Below, piece after piece: positions 52,718-64,000 of a DNA stretch of 64,000 nt. Numbering within the stretch: position 1 is the stretch's first letter; every line of letters starts with the position of its first letter. This DNA is from Octopus sinensis (taxonomy: Eukaryota). The DNA lies in the NCBI RefSeq assembly GCF_006345805.1, contig NC_043008.1, positions 48,112,001-48,176,000 on the forward strand, given 5' to 3'. The notes beneath the pieces were generated by a model that worked only from the letters and a program-made list of their open reading frames with translations, was not told the origin of the DNA and did not search any database. The position numbers and the translations under genes were made by a program.

Positions 52718-53175
52718 AGAGGCGGCAGCGGCGGCAGCGGCGGTAGCGGCGGCAGCGGCGGCAGCGGCAGCGGCGGCAGCGGCGGTAGCGGCGGAGAGGC
52801 GGCAGCGGCGGCAGCGGCGGGGCAGCGGCGGCAGCGGCGGCAGCGGCGGCAGCGGCGGCAGCGGCGGCAGCGGCGCAGCGGCGGCAGCGGCGGCAGCGGC
52901 GGTAGAGTCGGCAGCGGGGGCAGCGGCGGCAGCGGCGGCAGCGCGGCGGCAGCGGCGGTAGCGGCGGCAGCGGCGGCAGCGGCGCAGCGGCGGCAGCGGC
53001 GGCAGCGGCGGCAGCGGCGGCAGCGGCGGCAGCGGCGGTAGCGGCGGCAGCGGCGGCAGCGGGGGCAGCGGCGGCAGCGGCGGCAGCGGCGGCAGCGGCG
53101 GCAGCGGCGGCAGCGGCGGCAGCGGCGGCAGCGGCGGCAGCGGCGGCAGCGGCGGCAGCGGCGGCAGCGGCGGTA
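52520..53175. repeat. GC-rich 9 bp minisatellite (GGCGGCAGC)n within a wider GGT/GTA trinucleotide region (51990-53440)
   Basis: Direct reading; about 650 bp with scattered indels. Confidence 0.95.
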
Positions 53176-53940
53176 GTGGCGGTAGCGGTGGCAGTAGAGT
53201 GGTGGTTGCGGTGGTAGTAGAGTGGTGGTTGCGGTGGTAGTAGAGTGGTGGTTGCGGTGGTAGTAGTAGGGTTGGATGAGATGTCGGTGATCAATGCTTA
53301 TTGTAGCAGTGATGGTATTGGCGGTCATAATAATGGAAAAGAGGGAGTGATTAATGGTAGGGATTAGTGGTACGGGTATTGGCGGTGGTGGTGGCGATGT
53401 GGCGGTTGTGGCAGTGCGGTGCTGGTGGTGGTGGTCGCCTGCATGGGTTGTCTTCTCATTCTGACATATCTGCTACTAATTTAGTGACATCTGTTTCTCG
53501 AAGTTGACTCGCTTCACATGCCCTCCACTCAAACTTTCCTCCTCTTCTCCCTCCTCATCTTCTTCCTCATCTTCCTTCTCATCGTTCTCCTTCTCCTCCT
53601 CCACTTCCTCTTCCTTCTCTTCTTTCTCCTCTTTCTCTTCCTCTTCTCATCATTCATATCGTTTCCACAGCCAACCCCATTCACCACACTAACAACTCTT
53701 TGAATTCCTTCTTCCCCCATTACATAATCCCTCTGGAATTTCTTCCTTAATGATGTTTTCCAATGGCCGCCATTTTGTGAATTTTCGAAGAGCCATCAAC
53801 TGCATTCGGTGTCGGCAGCCAATCTGGATGGTGAGGACTGTACACCTTTTCTAACCATTTTCAATGCAGTGTTATCATCATCATCATCATCATCATTATT
53901 TAGTTATTTATTTATTTATTTATCTATTTATTTATTTATT

Positions 53941-54455
53941 TGCACTGCTTTTAACGTTGGGGATGTACTACGTTGTCAGCCGTTCACTACTACTACCCCT
54001 TATTTTTCGAGAGCCATCCGGAGTATTCGAGCGGTTCTAAGCAGTGCTATTTGTTCCATGTACTTCTCAAGATTTTTATTCTATGTTCCCGGGGCTCCGA
54101 CAGTTATTGGTACTACTACCACCATTTTCAGCGACCACAACTCCTTAACCTCCCAAGCTAACCTGTCATATCTCTCGACTTTTCTTTTTTCCTTATCGCA
54201 TACCGTTTTGTCATCTGGGCATGCTATATCTATGATCCAGCATAATTTGCTTTTTTTCTCAATTAACACTATGCCTGGCTTCCTATTCTTTATCTCATGG
54301 ACGCACTGAATCATAAAATACCGATAGGATATTTGAATTATCATTTTCGATGATGCCTTCGGGTTTATGTTCGTACCACTTTTTTGCTCTGTCAAGTCCA
54401 TACTTGTTGCAAAGAGTCAAATGAACAATTCTTATCTTATTTCTGGGCTAGTGGC
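53941..54455 (-). mobile_element. R4/Dong-like LINE 3' end (same family as 23867-24350)
   Basis: ORF 54081-54401 RKPGIVLIEKKSKLCWIIDIACPDDKTVCDKEKRKVERYDRLAWEVKELW; 3' UTR homologous to the 23.9 kb copy. Confidence 0.9.
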
Positions 54456-54476
54456 GTGCTGTTATTATTATTCTCA

Positions 54477-54690
54477 CAGAAACGTTAGCACGTCGGGCGA
54501 AATGCTTAGCAGCATTTCGTCTGCCGCTACGTCCTGAGTTCAAATTCCGCCGAGGTCGACTTTGCCTTTCATCCTTTCGGGATCGATAAATTAAGTACCA
54601 GTTACGTACTGGGGTCGATATAATCGACTTAATCCGTTTGTCTGTCCTTGTTTGTCCCCTCTATGTTTAGCCCCTTGTGGGCAATAAAAA
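54477..54690 (+). mobile_element. SINE family A, young subfamily
   Basis: CAGAAACGTTAGCACGTCGGGCGAAATGCTTAGC..GAGTTCAAATTCCGCCGAGGTCGAC..GGGCAATAAA then (ATT)n. Confidence 0.9.
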
Positions 54691-54691
54691 A

Positions 54692-54735
<44 letters not shown>

Positions 54736-55513
54736 CATCATCATTATTATTATTATTATTAACATCATCATCATCATCATCATCATTATTATTTCAGATT
54801 AGCTTGAAGAAACCATGTTGTTTTCCTTGAACCCACAGTATGATCCATGACGGGTGTATATCTGACCCTCAGCCTTCAATCCAACTCCTGGAAATATCAA
54901 ACTAGATATATATACACAGGCGCAGTTTGGATACACACACGTCGTATTTAGATTCTCCTTACGATGGTCATCTATTTGGAATGGAGCATCGTTACTTAAG
55001 TGCATAACACAGAATATTGCCGGTGCTGAGGTGACGGTATGAACCGCAAGCCTGGAATACAGCTGCACTCCGTTACATAAAATTCTTAGCCATTTGTCAA
55101 GTATTTCGTGTGATGGGCAGCCATATTCAAAGTTGTTGTTTTTTTTTCCGATAAGTTCCTGTAATATCCTGCCATTGATTTTGGAACAGCTTATACAAGA
55201 TTTGATCTTGTATCGAACCGAGACGTTTGAGATAAAAGAAAGTTGACAGAAAGGTTACAACATCGAAATTATTCATGTTACTTTTATGAGTTCAAACTTC
55301 TTTTCATTGACAGAATCTTTCATCGTAGGACCTATTTGACTCCTTTCGACTCCTTTCGACTCCTTTCTCTGACCCCAGGCGCTCCTTTTAGAGATTATAG
55401 AAGTAGGTATTTCGGCACCTAATATGTTATTGCTGTAAGGAAATGGTATTTGAATTTCTTTTCTATTTTTCATGTTTGTTTGTTTGTTATTTCTGTGTTG
55501 AGATGAAGACATG

Positions 55514-55617
55514 TCAAGTGCGAGATATGCAACTCAAGTGCAAGGTGTCCAACTCAAGTGCGAGATATGCAACTCAAGTGCGAGATGTGTAACTCAAGTG
55601 CGAGGTGTCCGCACTCA
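55514..55617. repeat. Minisatellite, 5 x 20 bp (TCAAGTGCGAGATATGCAAC)
   Basis: Five TCAAGTGC anchors exactly 20 bp apart. Confidence 0.9.
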
Positions 55618-56167
55618 TAACCGACCAAAACAACAAACAAACACACTGCTACCAAATAAATAAAAAAGAAAACGGTAAGACAAATATTCTGTTGGTTCGT
55701 TGGTTCTGTAGAACGAAAAAACCCATTCTTATTTTAATCTTATTTTAATCCTGGAGCTTAAGGCTGCTGGAAAGTATGATGGCTGCTCACCATAATTGTT
55801 GCTATAGCAACAAAACCAAGAGGGACAGAGGGAAAGGGAGAGAGGGAGGTGGAGGAGAAATTTCAAAAAGACAAAAGGAGAGGAACAGGAAAGAGAGAAG
55901 ACGAATTGAAAAGTTGATCGATTAGTATTATTATTATCATTATTATTATTATTATTATTACTATTATCAATATTATTATTATTATTATTATTATTATTAT
56001 CATTATTATTATCATTATTATTATTATTATCATTATTATTATTATTATTATTATAATTATTATTATAATAATTATTATTATTATTATTATTACTATTATT
56101 CTCGTGTGTAATGTCTCTTCGTTATATTTTCTCGGGGTTTCTGCTTTTCCATATCAAATCACTTGTG

Positions 56168-56219
<52 letters not shown>

Positions 56220-58669
56220 TCTCTCCTCTCTCCCTCTCTCTCCCTCCCTCTCCTCTCCCTCTCTCTCCCTCTCTCTCCCTCTCTCCCTCTCTCTCCTTCT
56301 CTCCCTCTCGCTCCCCCTCTCTCTCTCTTTCTCTCTCCACAATTCAAACTGAGTCTTTCTATCAACTTCACATGCTATATTTGCTATTGCCGACATTACG
56401 TCTGTATACAGCTGTGCGTGTGAGTACGCGTATGTGTGTGTGTGTATGTGTGTATGAGTGTGTCTGTACGTGTGTGTGTGTATGAGTGTGTATGTATGTG
56501 TGTGTGTGTGTGTGGTTATATGCCCACCTGTGTATTTGCACTGCTGTGCCTAAGTATTTCGCGTACGTGAATATGTTGCTCCGTGTAAATAATAAACTTG
56601 TGAATGTACGGTGTGTGTATGTGTGTGTGTGTGTGTTGTGGTGGTGGTGGTGGTGGTGGCGGCGGCGGAGATGGGGAAGAGAGTAAGGAGAGTAAAATGA
56701 CAGAAAATTGATGGTGATGGAATAATAGTGTATGAAATATATATAAAACTGAGGAGGAGAAAGAGGTGGATGGGGGAGGAGGGGAAGAGGAGCGGAGGAG
56801 GAGGAGGAGGAGAAGAGGAAGAAGAAGAAGAAGTCGTGGTGGGGTGGGGGCGAAGGGGAAGGAGGAGCAGCAGGTGCAGTAAGCGTAGGAGGAGAGAGAG
56901 AAACAAGTATGGCGAAGATCTAGAAAGAGAAACGAGCCCAACTTCCCAGTCCGACCAAGGAGATGTCGAAAGTCTTGCATTGTGCTAATAATGAATGCAG
57001 TGTGTCGAATATGGATGTATGTATGATGAGGTATATAAAGTATGTATAATATTGTATATAATGATTTCTTGGTTGCATATCAACAATACTGGAGGTCGAG
57101 AAGTAGATTTTGAGGATGGAAATGGCGATGGATATGAATGCGTGCATGTGACATTTATGCCTTTCCAGAATTTCTTACTAATGACTCAATGTCAAACAAA
57201 CATTGTGTTTTCCTCCTCCAGTCTCTCTCTCTGATCTATTATTTTATGTAAATAGTTCCTTGACCAACCCAAATTATTTATTTTTAGATTTATTTTTGTC
57301 TCTTACCTCGTAGTCTCTTCCTGTGGTCTCTTCCTCGAAAACTTTCTAGAAACGACACATTAACATTTCTGTGGCCAAACCCCACATCCATATATTCATG
57401 TGAAAACCCAATGATCCGTGTAGTCGACGATGTGCAACCATGGATAGCTTGTCCCTACTTATATCTGCTCACTTTACAAGAACGTTAGCGAAATCAGCTG
57501 TGAACAACTTATTTCAATTCGCCTATGACGACATCTAACCATTTGATTCGTCCATTTAGTTGGAGATATCTGATGAGTTTAGAGATTTTACACCGATTCC
57601 TAAACAGTCCTGATTTCCAACCAGTCCCAATGTTCTTCTAAGATACAATTTTTAATCCCACCAACACTAAAAACAAACTTGCGAAAATGTCAATCTGTCG
57701 GACTTCTGTGGAAACGTAAAGGATCATCAACCTTGCGGAACCTTTAGTCGACCAATCATTAGCTTGAATCTGAAAATATTTTATTTACTTTGATATTCAG
57801 GAATTTTCAAATGAAAATGGTTCCCAACTCTAACTGGAATTGTGAAACAAACTGAAATTTTTTTTAGTCATTTAGCAAGTTGCAAAATTTTATAATTCGG
57901 ATAGTCTAACTTCATTGAGGCTATCAGCTCCAACAGAGTGACATTAGATTTTCCGGTTGCTATTTCGATGAGTCTGTAAAGGTCGTGAGAGTGTAATATA
58001 TATGGCCTCACAGTAGTTGCTTCGGGAATCTGTGTTTCCAAATTTTACTTTACGACAACAAAAGATGACTTCAGGGCAATTTGACTACTATTTCAAGTAT
58101 GTAAAACAACCACTTACAAGCTACCTTGTTGGTTCCACTTTTACTGTTGTCGTTGCTCTTATTTTTGTCATGAAACGCTTTTCCATTAAATTCGTGTTGT
58201 CACCCCTGTTGCAACAATGTCCGTACGGTCCCCAGCTCAAGTTTGATTGAACTGACCGATACTCGGTAGACAGGCTAAAGAATTGAGACATCCATCGGTC
58301 TATTGATTGGAACAGACTTCCAGCTAGTTGACGGCCATACAACACATTGTGTAGCAGGGGTTAATTGAAGGTGGTACAGTGTGGCAGTGAAGCCATGTAG
58401 AAATACCACTCAAACTTCACCTTACTCTCTTCAAAATGAATGAGAGAACGGAGACCTTTTTATTTATTTCTTTTTTTTAATTTTTCGACATTTCTAGCAT
58501 CATTCACCGATATATTTTTCTATATTTCAACGAAGCAGCCGACCGATACAGAGACGCCATCAATCCTGTACCGGCCATTCCTCTCACCGCCACCCCGCTT
58601 CTTCCCTATCAACAGTGTTATGAGCATGGCGTTACAAATGTCTGTCCATTCAGTGAGGCGGCAACGAAA

Positions 58670-58716
<47 letters not shown>

Positions 58717-58764
58717 ATAGACAGAATGGTAGGTAGATGCATACATAGTCGGGCAGACAGCCGC

Positions 58765-58861
<97 letters not shown>

Positions 58862-59019
58862 CCTGTTCATGTGTGTGTTTGTATGTTTGTGTGTGTGTGA
58901 GTGTGTGTGTAATAGACAGCCGTATACATTATATATATATATAATGTATACGGCTGTCTATTACACACACACTCACACACACACAAACACACACATTTAT
59001 ATGAACAGGTCTATCTATC

Positions 59020-59050
<31 letters not shown>

Positions 59051-59439
59051 TATATATACACACACACATACATACGCACATACATACACACACACTCACA
59101 CACACACACACACCGCACGTACATACTTCACACACACACATGCAAACATACATGTAGGCACATACATACATACATGCCCACACATGCACACCCTTACACT
59201 GAATGCACACACACATACACCTTTTTGCATCCAGGCAGCCCCCCCCCTCTTTTCTGCTTTCCGGTTTTGGCTGATGGATCCTCGGTTCCCGCGTAGCGGG
59301 GCGTTCGAGGGCCTTTGCGCTCGCGCGCCTTGGCGCGCGCTGGGGGCTTGGTCGGCCCCTTGGGCTTGCGTTGTACTGCTTGTGCGTTGTGTGCGTGAGC
59401 GCGCTTCGTGTGTGTGGGCTTGCTTCGGATGTGCGCGTG

Positions 59440-60960
59440 CGTATGTATGCATACATACCCACACACTCGCATGCATCCCTACCCACATACATACACGCAC
59501 ACCTACTCACACACACACATACACACACATACCTGCACACACACACACACATACATACATACACATACATACCTACTTCAGACATACACACACACAGACA
59601 TACACCCATACACTCACACTCACACGCATACACACACACACATACACACGCACACGTACACATACACACACACACACCTACATACATACATTACACTTGT
59701 ATACACACACACTTACATTCATACACACACACACCTACACAGCCATACCCTCACTCAGACACACACATCTACCTACACACACACACAAACACACACGGAC
59801 ACACACCCATACATACATACATCTACACACACACGCCTACACACATACATACACACATACATAAACACACACACATACACATATACACACATACGCACAC
59901 ACACATATACTTATACACATGCACACACACACACATACATACATACACCCATATACATACATACACACATACCCACATACTCCTATAACGCACATACATA
60001 CACAAAGACATACACACTTACACACTCACACACACATACTTACACACACACTCACCTGCACGCGCACACACATGCATGACAAACACCCATACACTCACAC
60101 TCACATACGCACACACCAACATAAACACGCACACGCACACACACACCTACACTCCCACACACATACACACGCACCTACATACACACACGCAGGCATACAC
60201 ACGCATACACACATACATTACACACGTACACACACACCCACATACACATGCATACACACACACACACACAAACATGCACGGACACACCCAGACATACACA
60301 CATACACCTATACACACACGCCTACACACATACATACACACATACACCTATATACACACGCCCACACACCTACATACACACACATACATACACACACATA
60401 CACGGACACACCCACACATACTTACATACATACACCTATACACACACGCCTACACACCTACATACACACACATGCATACACACACACACACATGTACGCA
60501 CATACACACACATATACGCACATACATATATACCCACACACATGCACACACACACACACATACGCACATGCATGCATGCATGCACACGCGCACACCTACA
60601 CGCATACACACACACACGCACGTACACATACATACATACACACACGCATACATACACCCATACACATACATGCATCCGACACACACATACATACACACTC
60701 ACACATACATACACACACACACACTCACACACACACCTGTATGTACGCGCACACACATGCACATACACACACTTCCCCACACCCACACGTACATACATAC
60801 ACACTCACACACATATACACACACACACACACACACGGACATACATCTATGCACACACATACATACACACATACTCACATACATTCATCGGACACACTGC
60901 CACCCAGACATACACACAGACACACTCACACATCCACACACATACATACTTACGCGCACA
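59440..60960. repeat. ~1.5 kb degenerate (CA)n/(CATA)n tract
   Basis: Direct reading; source of the 200-480 aa H/T-rich ORFs. Confidence 0.9.
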
Positions 60961-61552
60961 CTCGCAGGCACGCGCACATACGCACTTGCGCCGGCTCGCG
61001 TTGCATACGCGCCGCATACACCTCGCCCTTGGACCTGACGAGACCTCCCGCCCGTTCCTGGGACCGTCGCGTGTCGTTGGGTTTTCCCATGCCTGTCTCC
61101 GCGGTACCACTCTTCCATCTTCCCCTCAGCTGGAGTCCTTTTTCCTTAAACCCCCCCCTTTTTCATTACACACACGCGCACACATATACACACCTTGCCT
61201 ATATATATACATCACTCTTACACACATTCAATCTACTCGCCATTAATACCACCACGACACTGGACACACACACACACTACTACTCAACACACGCTGGCAC
61301 GCTACATACGCCCCCACCCCTTCCCCTCCCTCCCTTCCTCCTTCCTTCTTTTTCTTACTACTGACCTCCCTTCCTCCTTCCTTCTTTTTCTTACTACTGA
61401 CCTCGTCTGCTAGCTGACTACTAGTCTCGCCCTACCTCACACGCCTACACACAGACGCACACACTAACACACACATATTTTTTGTTTTTTCATCTCGCCT
61501 CACACACACACATACACACACGCACACGCACACACTCACACATACACACACA

Positions 61553-61845
61553 TCTGTTGGGTTACCAACCTTGTCTCCACTCTTTAGCCTTTAAAAACCC
61601 ACTTTGCTCTTGTTATCGTCAACATCCGCCTTTCACCATGTGCAACTCGTAAACACCAGTCGTCTTTTTTCTCTTTCCCTGTTGCCCGCTCTGGGATCTT
61701 TCTTTCCTCTCTCTTCCTTCTTTATGTTTCCGACGAAGAGCTCCGCTCGAAACGTCATACCTCCCTGCTTCCATCTCCTGAGCGCCTTTTAATAATAATA
61801 CTGTAATTGTTCCTGTTGTTGTTGTTTTTTTGTTTCCCTTTTGGA
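61553..61845 (+). mobile_element. PLE-like remnant with minimal hammerhead motif
   Basis: GTTT-CCGACGA-A-GAGC-TCC-GCTC-GAAACGTC-ATAC at ~61726-61760; downstream CCTGAGCG..TAATA..ACT matches the 8.1 and 9.5 kb copies; followed by (TA)n. Confidence 0.65.
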
Positions 61846-61990
61846 TTAAAATTATATATATATATATATATATATCTGAGAGAGAGAGAAGGGGAGAGAG
61901 AGAGATCCCCTCGATATTTCCTGTTGTCATTCAGTTGTAGTAAACGCCTATTCAAAAATAAAACTACGAATATTCTTTCTTCAATCTAAA

Positions 61991-62960
61991 ATGATGATGA
62001 TGATGATTTCTTTATTGGCCTCCAGAGGCTCACGCAAAAACGAGCTCATTACAAGAACAAGGTTACAGAAGACGAAGCGACGTGTAAACAAAAGAAAAAC
62101 TAAAATTTTAATAAAGAAAATTGTTGAATGTGAGGGAGTGTCAGAGGGGGGGGGGGCTACCCGTGGAAACCCCACAAAAGTACAATCCCCCATTTCCAGG
62201 TGAGAATGGCCACTCTGCCCGTCACCTTGCCATCAGAAGATCTTGGCCGAGATCAAACACCGAGCTATGTAAATGATCGCTTCTATCAGCAACCGACGAG
62301 ACAGTTGGATAGCATAGTACTGCCCTCTGGGTAACTAGTTGCAGACCCACAGACATTTCCTCTCACTGCCTCATAGACCCTTAGAGTGGTGGCGATCACC
62401 TCAATGTGCTTGGTGTCCGATTCAGTGACGATGGCACCGTCCACGTATGCCGGTACGTGTCTTTCGCATCCTTGTTTGCGCAGAATTCCAGCTTTCGTAT
62501 TTGTGGCTCGAATGTCAGGACATACAGAAAAGATGAGAGCTGACAAGCTTGGTAGACTGTGCGTACAATACTGGAAGGTTCCAGTTTGTGACCATTTACT
62601 CTGACCATCGAATAGATGTCGCTGTGCATTGTGGATACAATGTGAACGGCCGCCAAGTATTTTCTCAGCAACTTTAACTCTCTTCGACTAGCAGAACCGT
62701 TACCAAGACGTGACAGGCTGTCGAAGTAAGCATTGAAGTCCATCCTGCAATCCATCCCGCTACTCACGCTGAACAGGGTGCTGCTAAAAAGCCTCTCACA
62801 TTTTCTTGCAATCGAGTAATAGCACAAACTCGTCATGGTCGACCTATCGCACGTTTTTCCTTTCTTCGTGGCTTAAATTAAAAGCACCTTAGCTCTAGTA
62901 ACGCAGCTTTCGTGCTTCACGTTGAAGACTTGATTTAGGGCCAATCTCGCCACAAAGCTT
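61991..62960 (-). mobile_element. L1/Tx1-clade LINE, decayed and internally deleted
   Basis: SMVRVNGHKLEPSSIVRTVYQACQLSSFLYVLTFEPQIRKLE (decayed V.QGCPLSPLLY.L..EPL.R) and AYVDG..YEAVRG (decayed AYADD..YE...G); 3' UTR with AATAAA (62011-16, minus) and an (ATC)n tail. Confidence 0.85.
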
Positions 62961-64000
62961 GCCGGTTGTGATGTCCTTCCTAAGCGCCCAATTTTCTAAC
63001 TAGATCTCCTTCTAGTCTATGTTTTCCTTTCGCGACTTCCTTACTGGACTCTATTGATTCTACTCTAATCACCTTTTTCAACATGTTGGTAATTGCTCCT
63101 ACCAATGCCTGCTTAATTAAATTGCTAATCCAATGTCCAGAAGCCTAGTTTCTGAAGGATGGTGACATGTGGAGTGAAGAGGATGGAGAGTTGCATAAAT
63201 AGGAAGTGTTGGTGGGTTGGAGAGAGAGAATGCAGGAAGAGACGGGAAAGTGCTGATGTTTCATAAAACAATCTCGGTCAGGTCTGAACCTTTGTGATCC
63301 GTAGCCTCACATTATATCCTGGAATCCCACTGCTGCTACAACTGCTACCACTTCTAGTGGTTATAGAGAATCCTCACTCGGCCATGTTTGTTTAACCCTA
63401 TTGCTCGAATGTAACCGACTAATTATAATAATTTATTACCGTTTCTATTTATAGCCATCCATTTTTTTCCTTTCGCTTGTGAACATTTTCTAAGATTTAA
63501 AATATGTTGCTTTTATTTAAAAGCTGTCAGTTCGTTAAAGGAGGTTTGTCTACGGATGTAATGCTTGGCCCGTCGAAGGATTTTGTATTGTAGCACCGTG
63601 ATCAAAGTAGGCTTCGAAAATTTGAAATAAACTCTCAAGATAGTTCCGAATTCTGACAGCGGCTATTTATTAAAATAAATCAAGTTAAAATGACAAACAA
63701 GCAATACTTTTGCAAATATAACGAGTTCGAGATAGTTGTTGTTGTCGTTGTTGTTACTCGCTAAATACTATTTAGCTTCGAGCAGAAACATCCTGATCGA
63801 TAGAGAAGACTAAACTGTATAAATGCAGGCGCCTGGAAGGTCTATTTATTTGGTTCTAATCTGACAAGAAGTCATTTCAGAAAGACAGGAAATAATTTAT
63901 CCGAAATGCCTGCTATTTGTCTTGCGGTGCTATTTCACTAGAAAGTTTTGTCTTTTTATTTAGGTTTTTCTCTTATTTCATTTGAAATTTGCAGCTGCTG

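Noticed and set aside
52136-53328. 246-283 aa Ala/Gly-Ser/Arg-Gln/Pro-rich ORFs
   Set aside because: Produced by the 9 bp repeat on both strands; indels switch the peptide type; no domain or convincing splice signals.
58869-61364. Long H/T-rich ORFs (up to 481 aa)
   Set aside because: Read-through of the CA/CATA microsatellite, open in several frames at once.

Overview
AT-rich, microsatellite-saturated animal non-coding DNA (intergenic or deep intronic). The repeat families resemble those I recall from Octopus genomes; this is inference, not a database result. No host protein-coding gene is supportable, and almost all listed ORFs are microsatellite read-throughs. Real content: about 20 tRNA-derived SINE copies in 3 families; decayed non-LTR retrotransposons (several R4/Dong-like pieces in (TAA)n tracts, RTE, CR1-like, L1/Tx1); two decayed Penelope-like elements (PLEs), one interrupted by a Tc1/mariner MITE; non-autonomous Helitrons; a near-identical 1.4 kb tandem duplication; and minisatellites. 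The most notable signal is a set of short inserts in TA-type microsatellites that carry hammerhead ribozyme motifs. These include two well-formed type-I motifs (45517-45578, 51088-51140), a family with a shared core variant, and one motif (33588-33661) whose three strands are in a non-circularly permuted order. Several long fold-back palindromes occur in the same context. Parts of 59.2-61.4 kb look like low-accuracy consensus.
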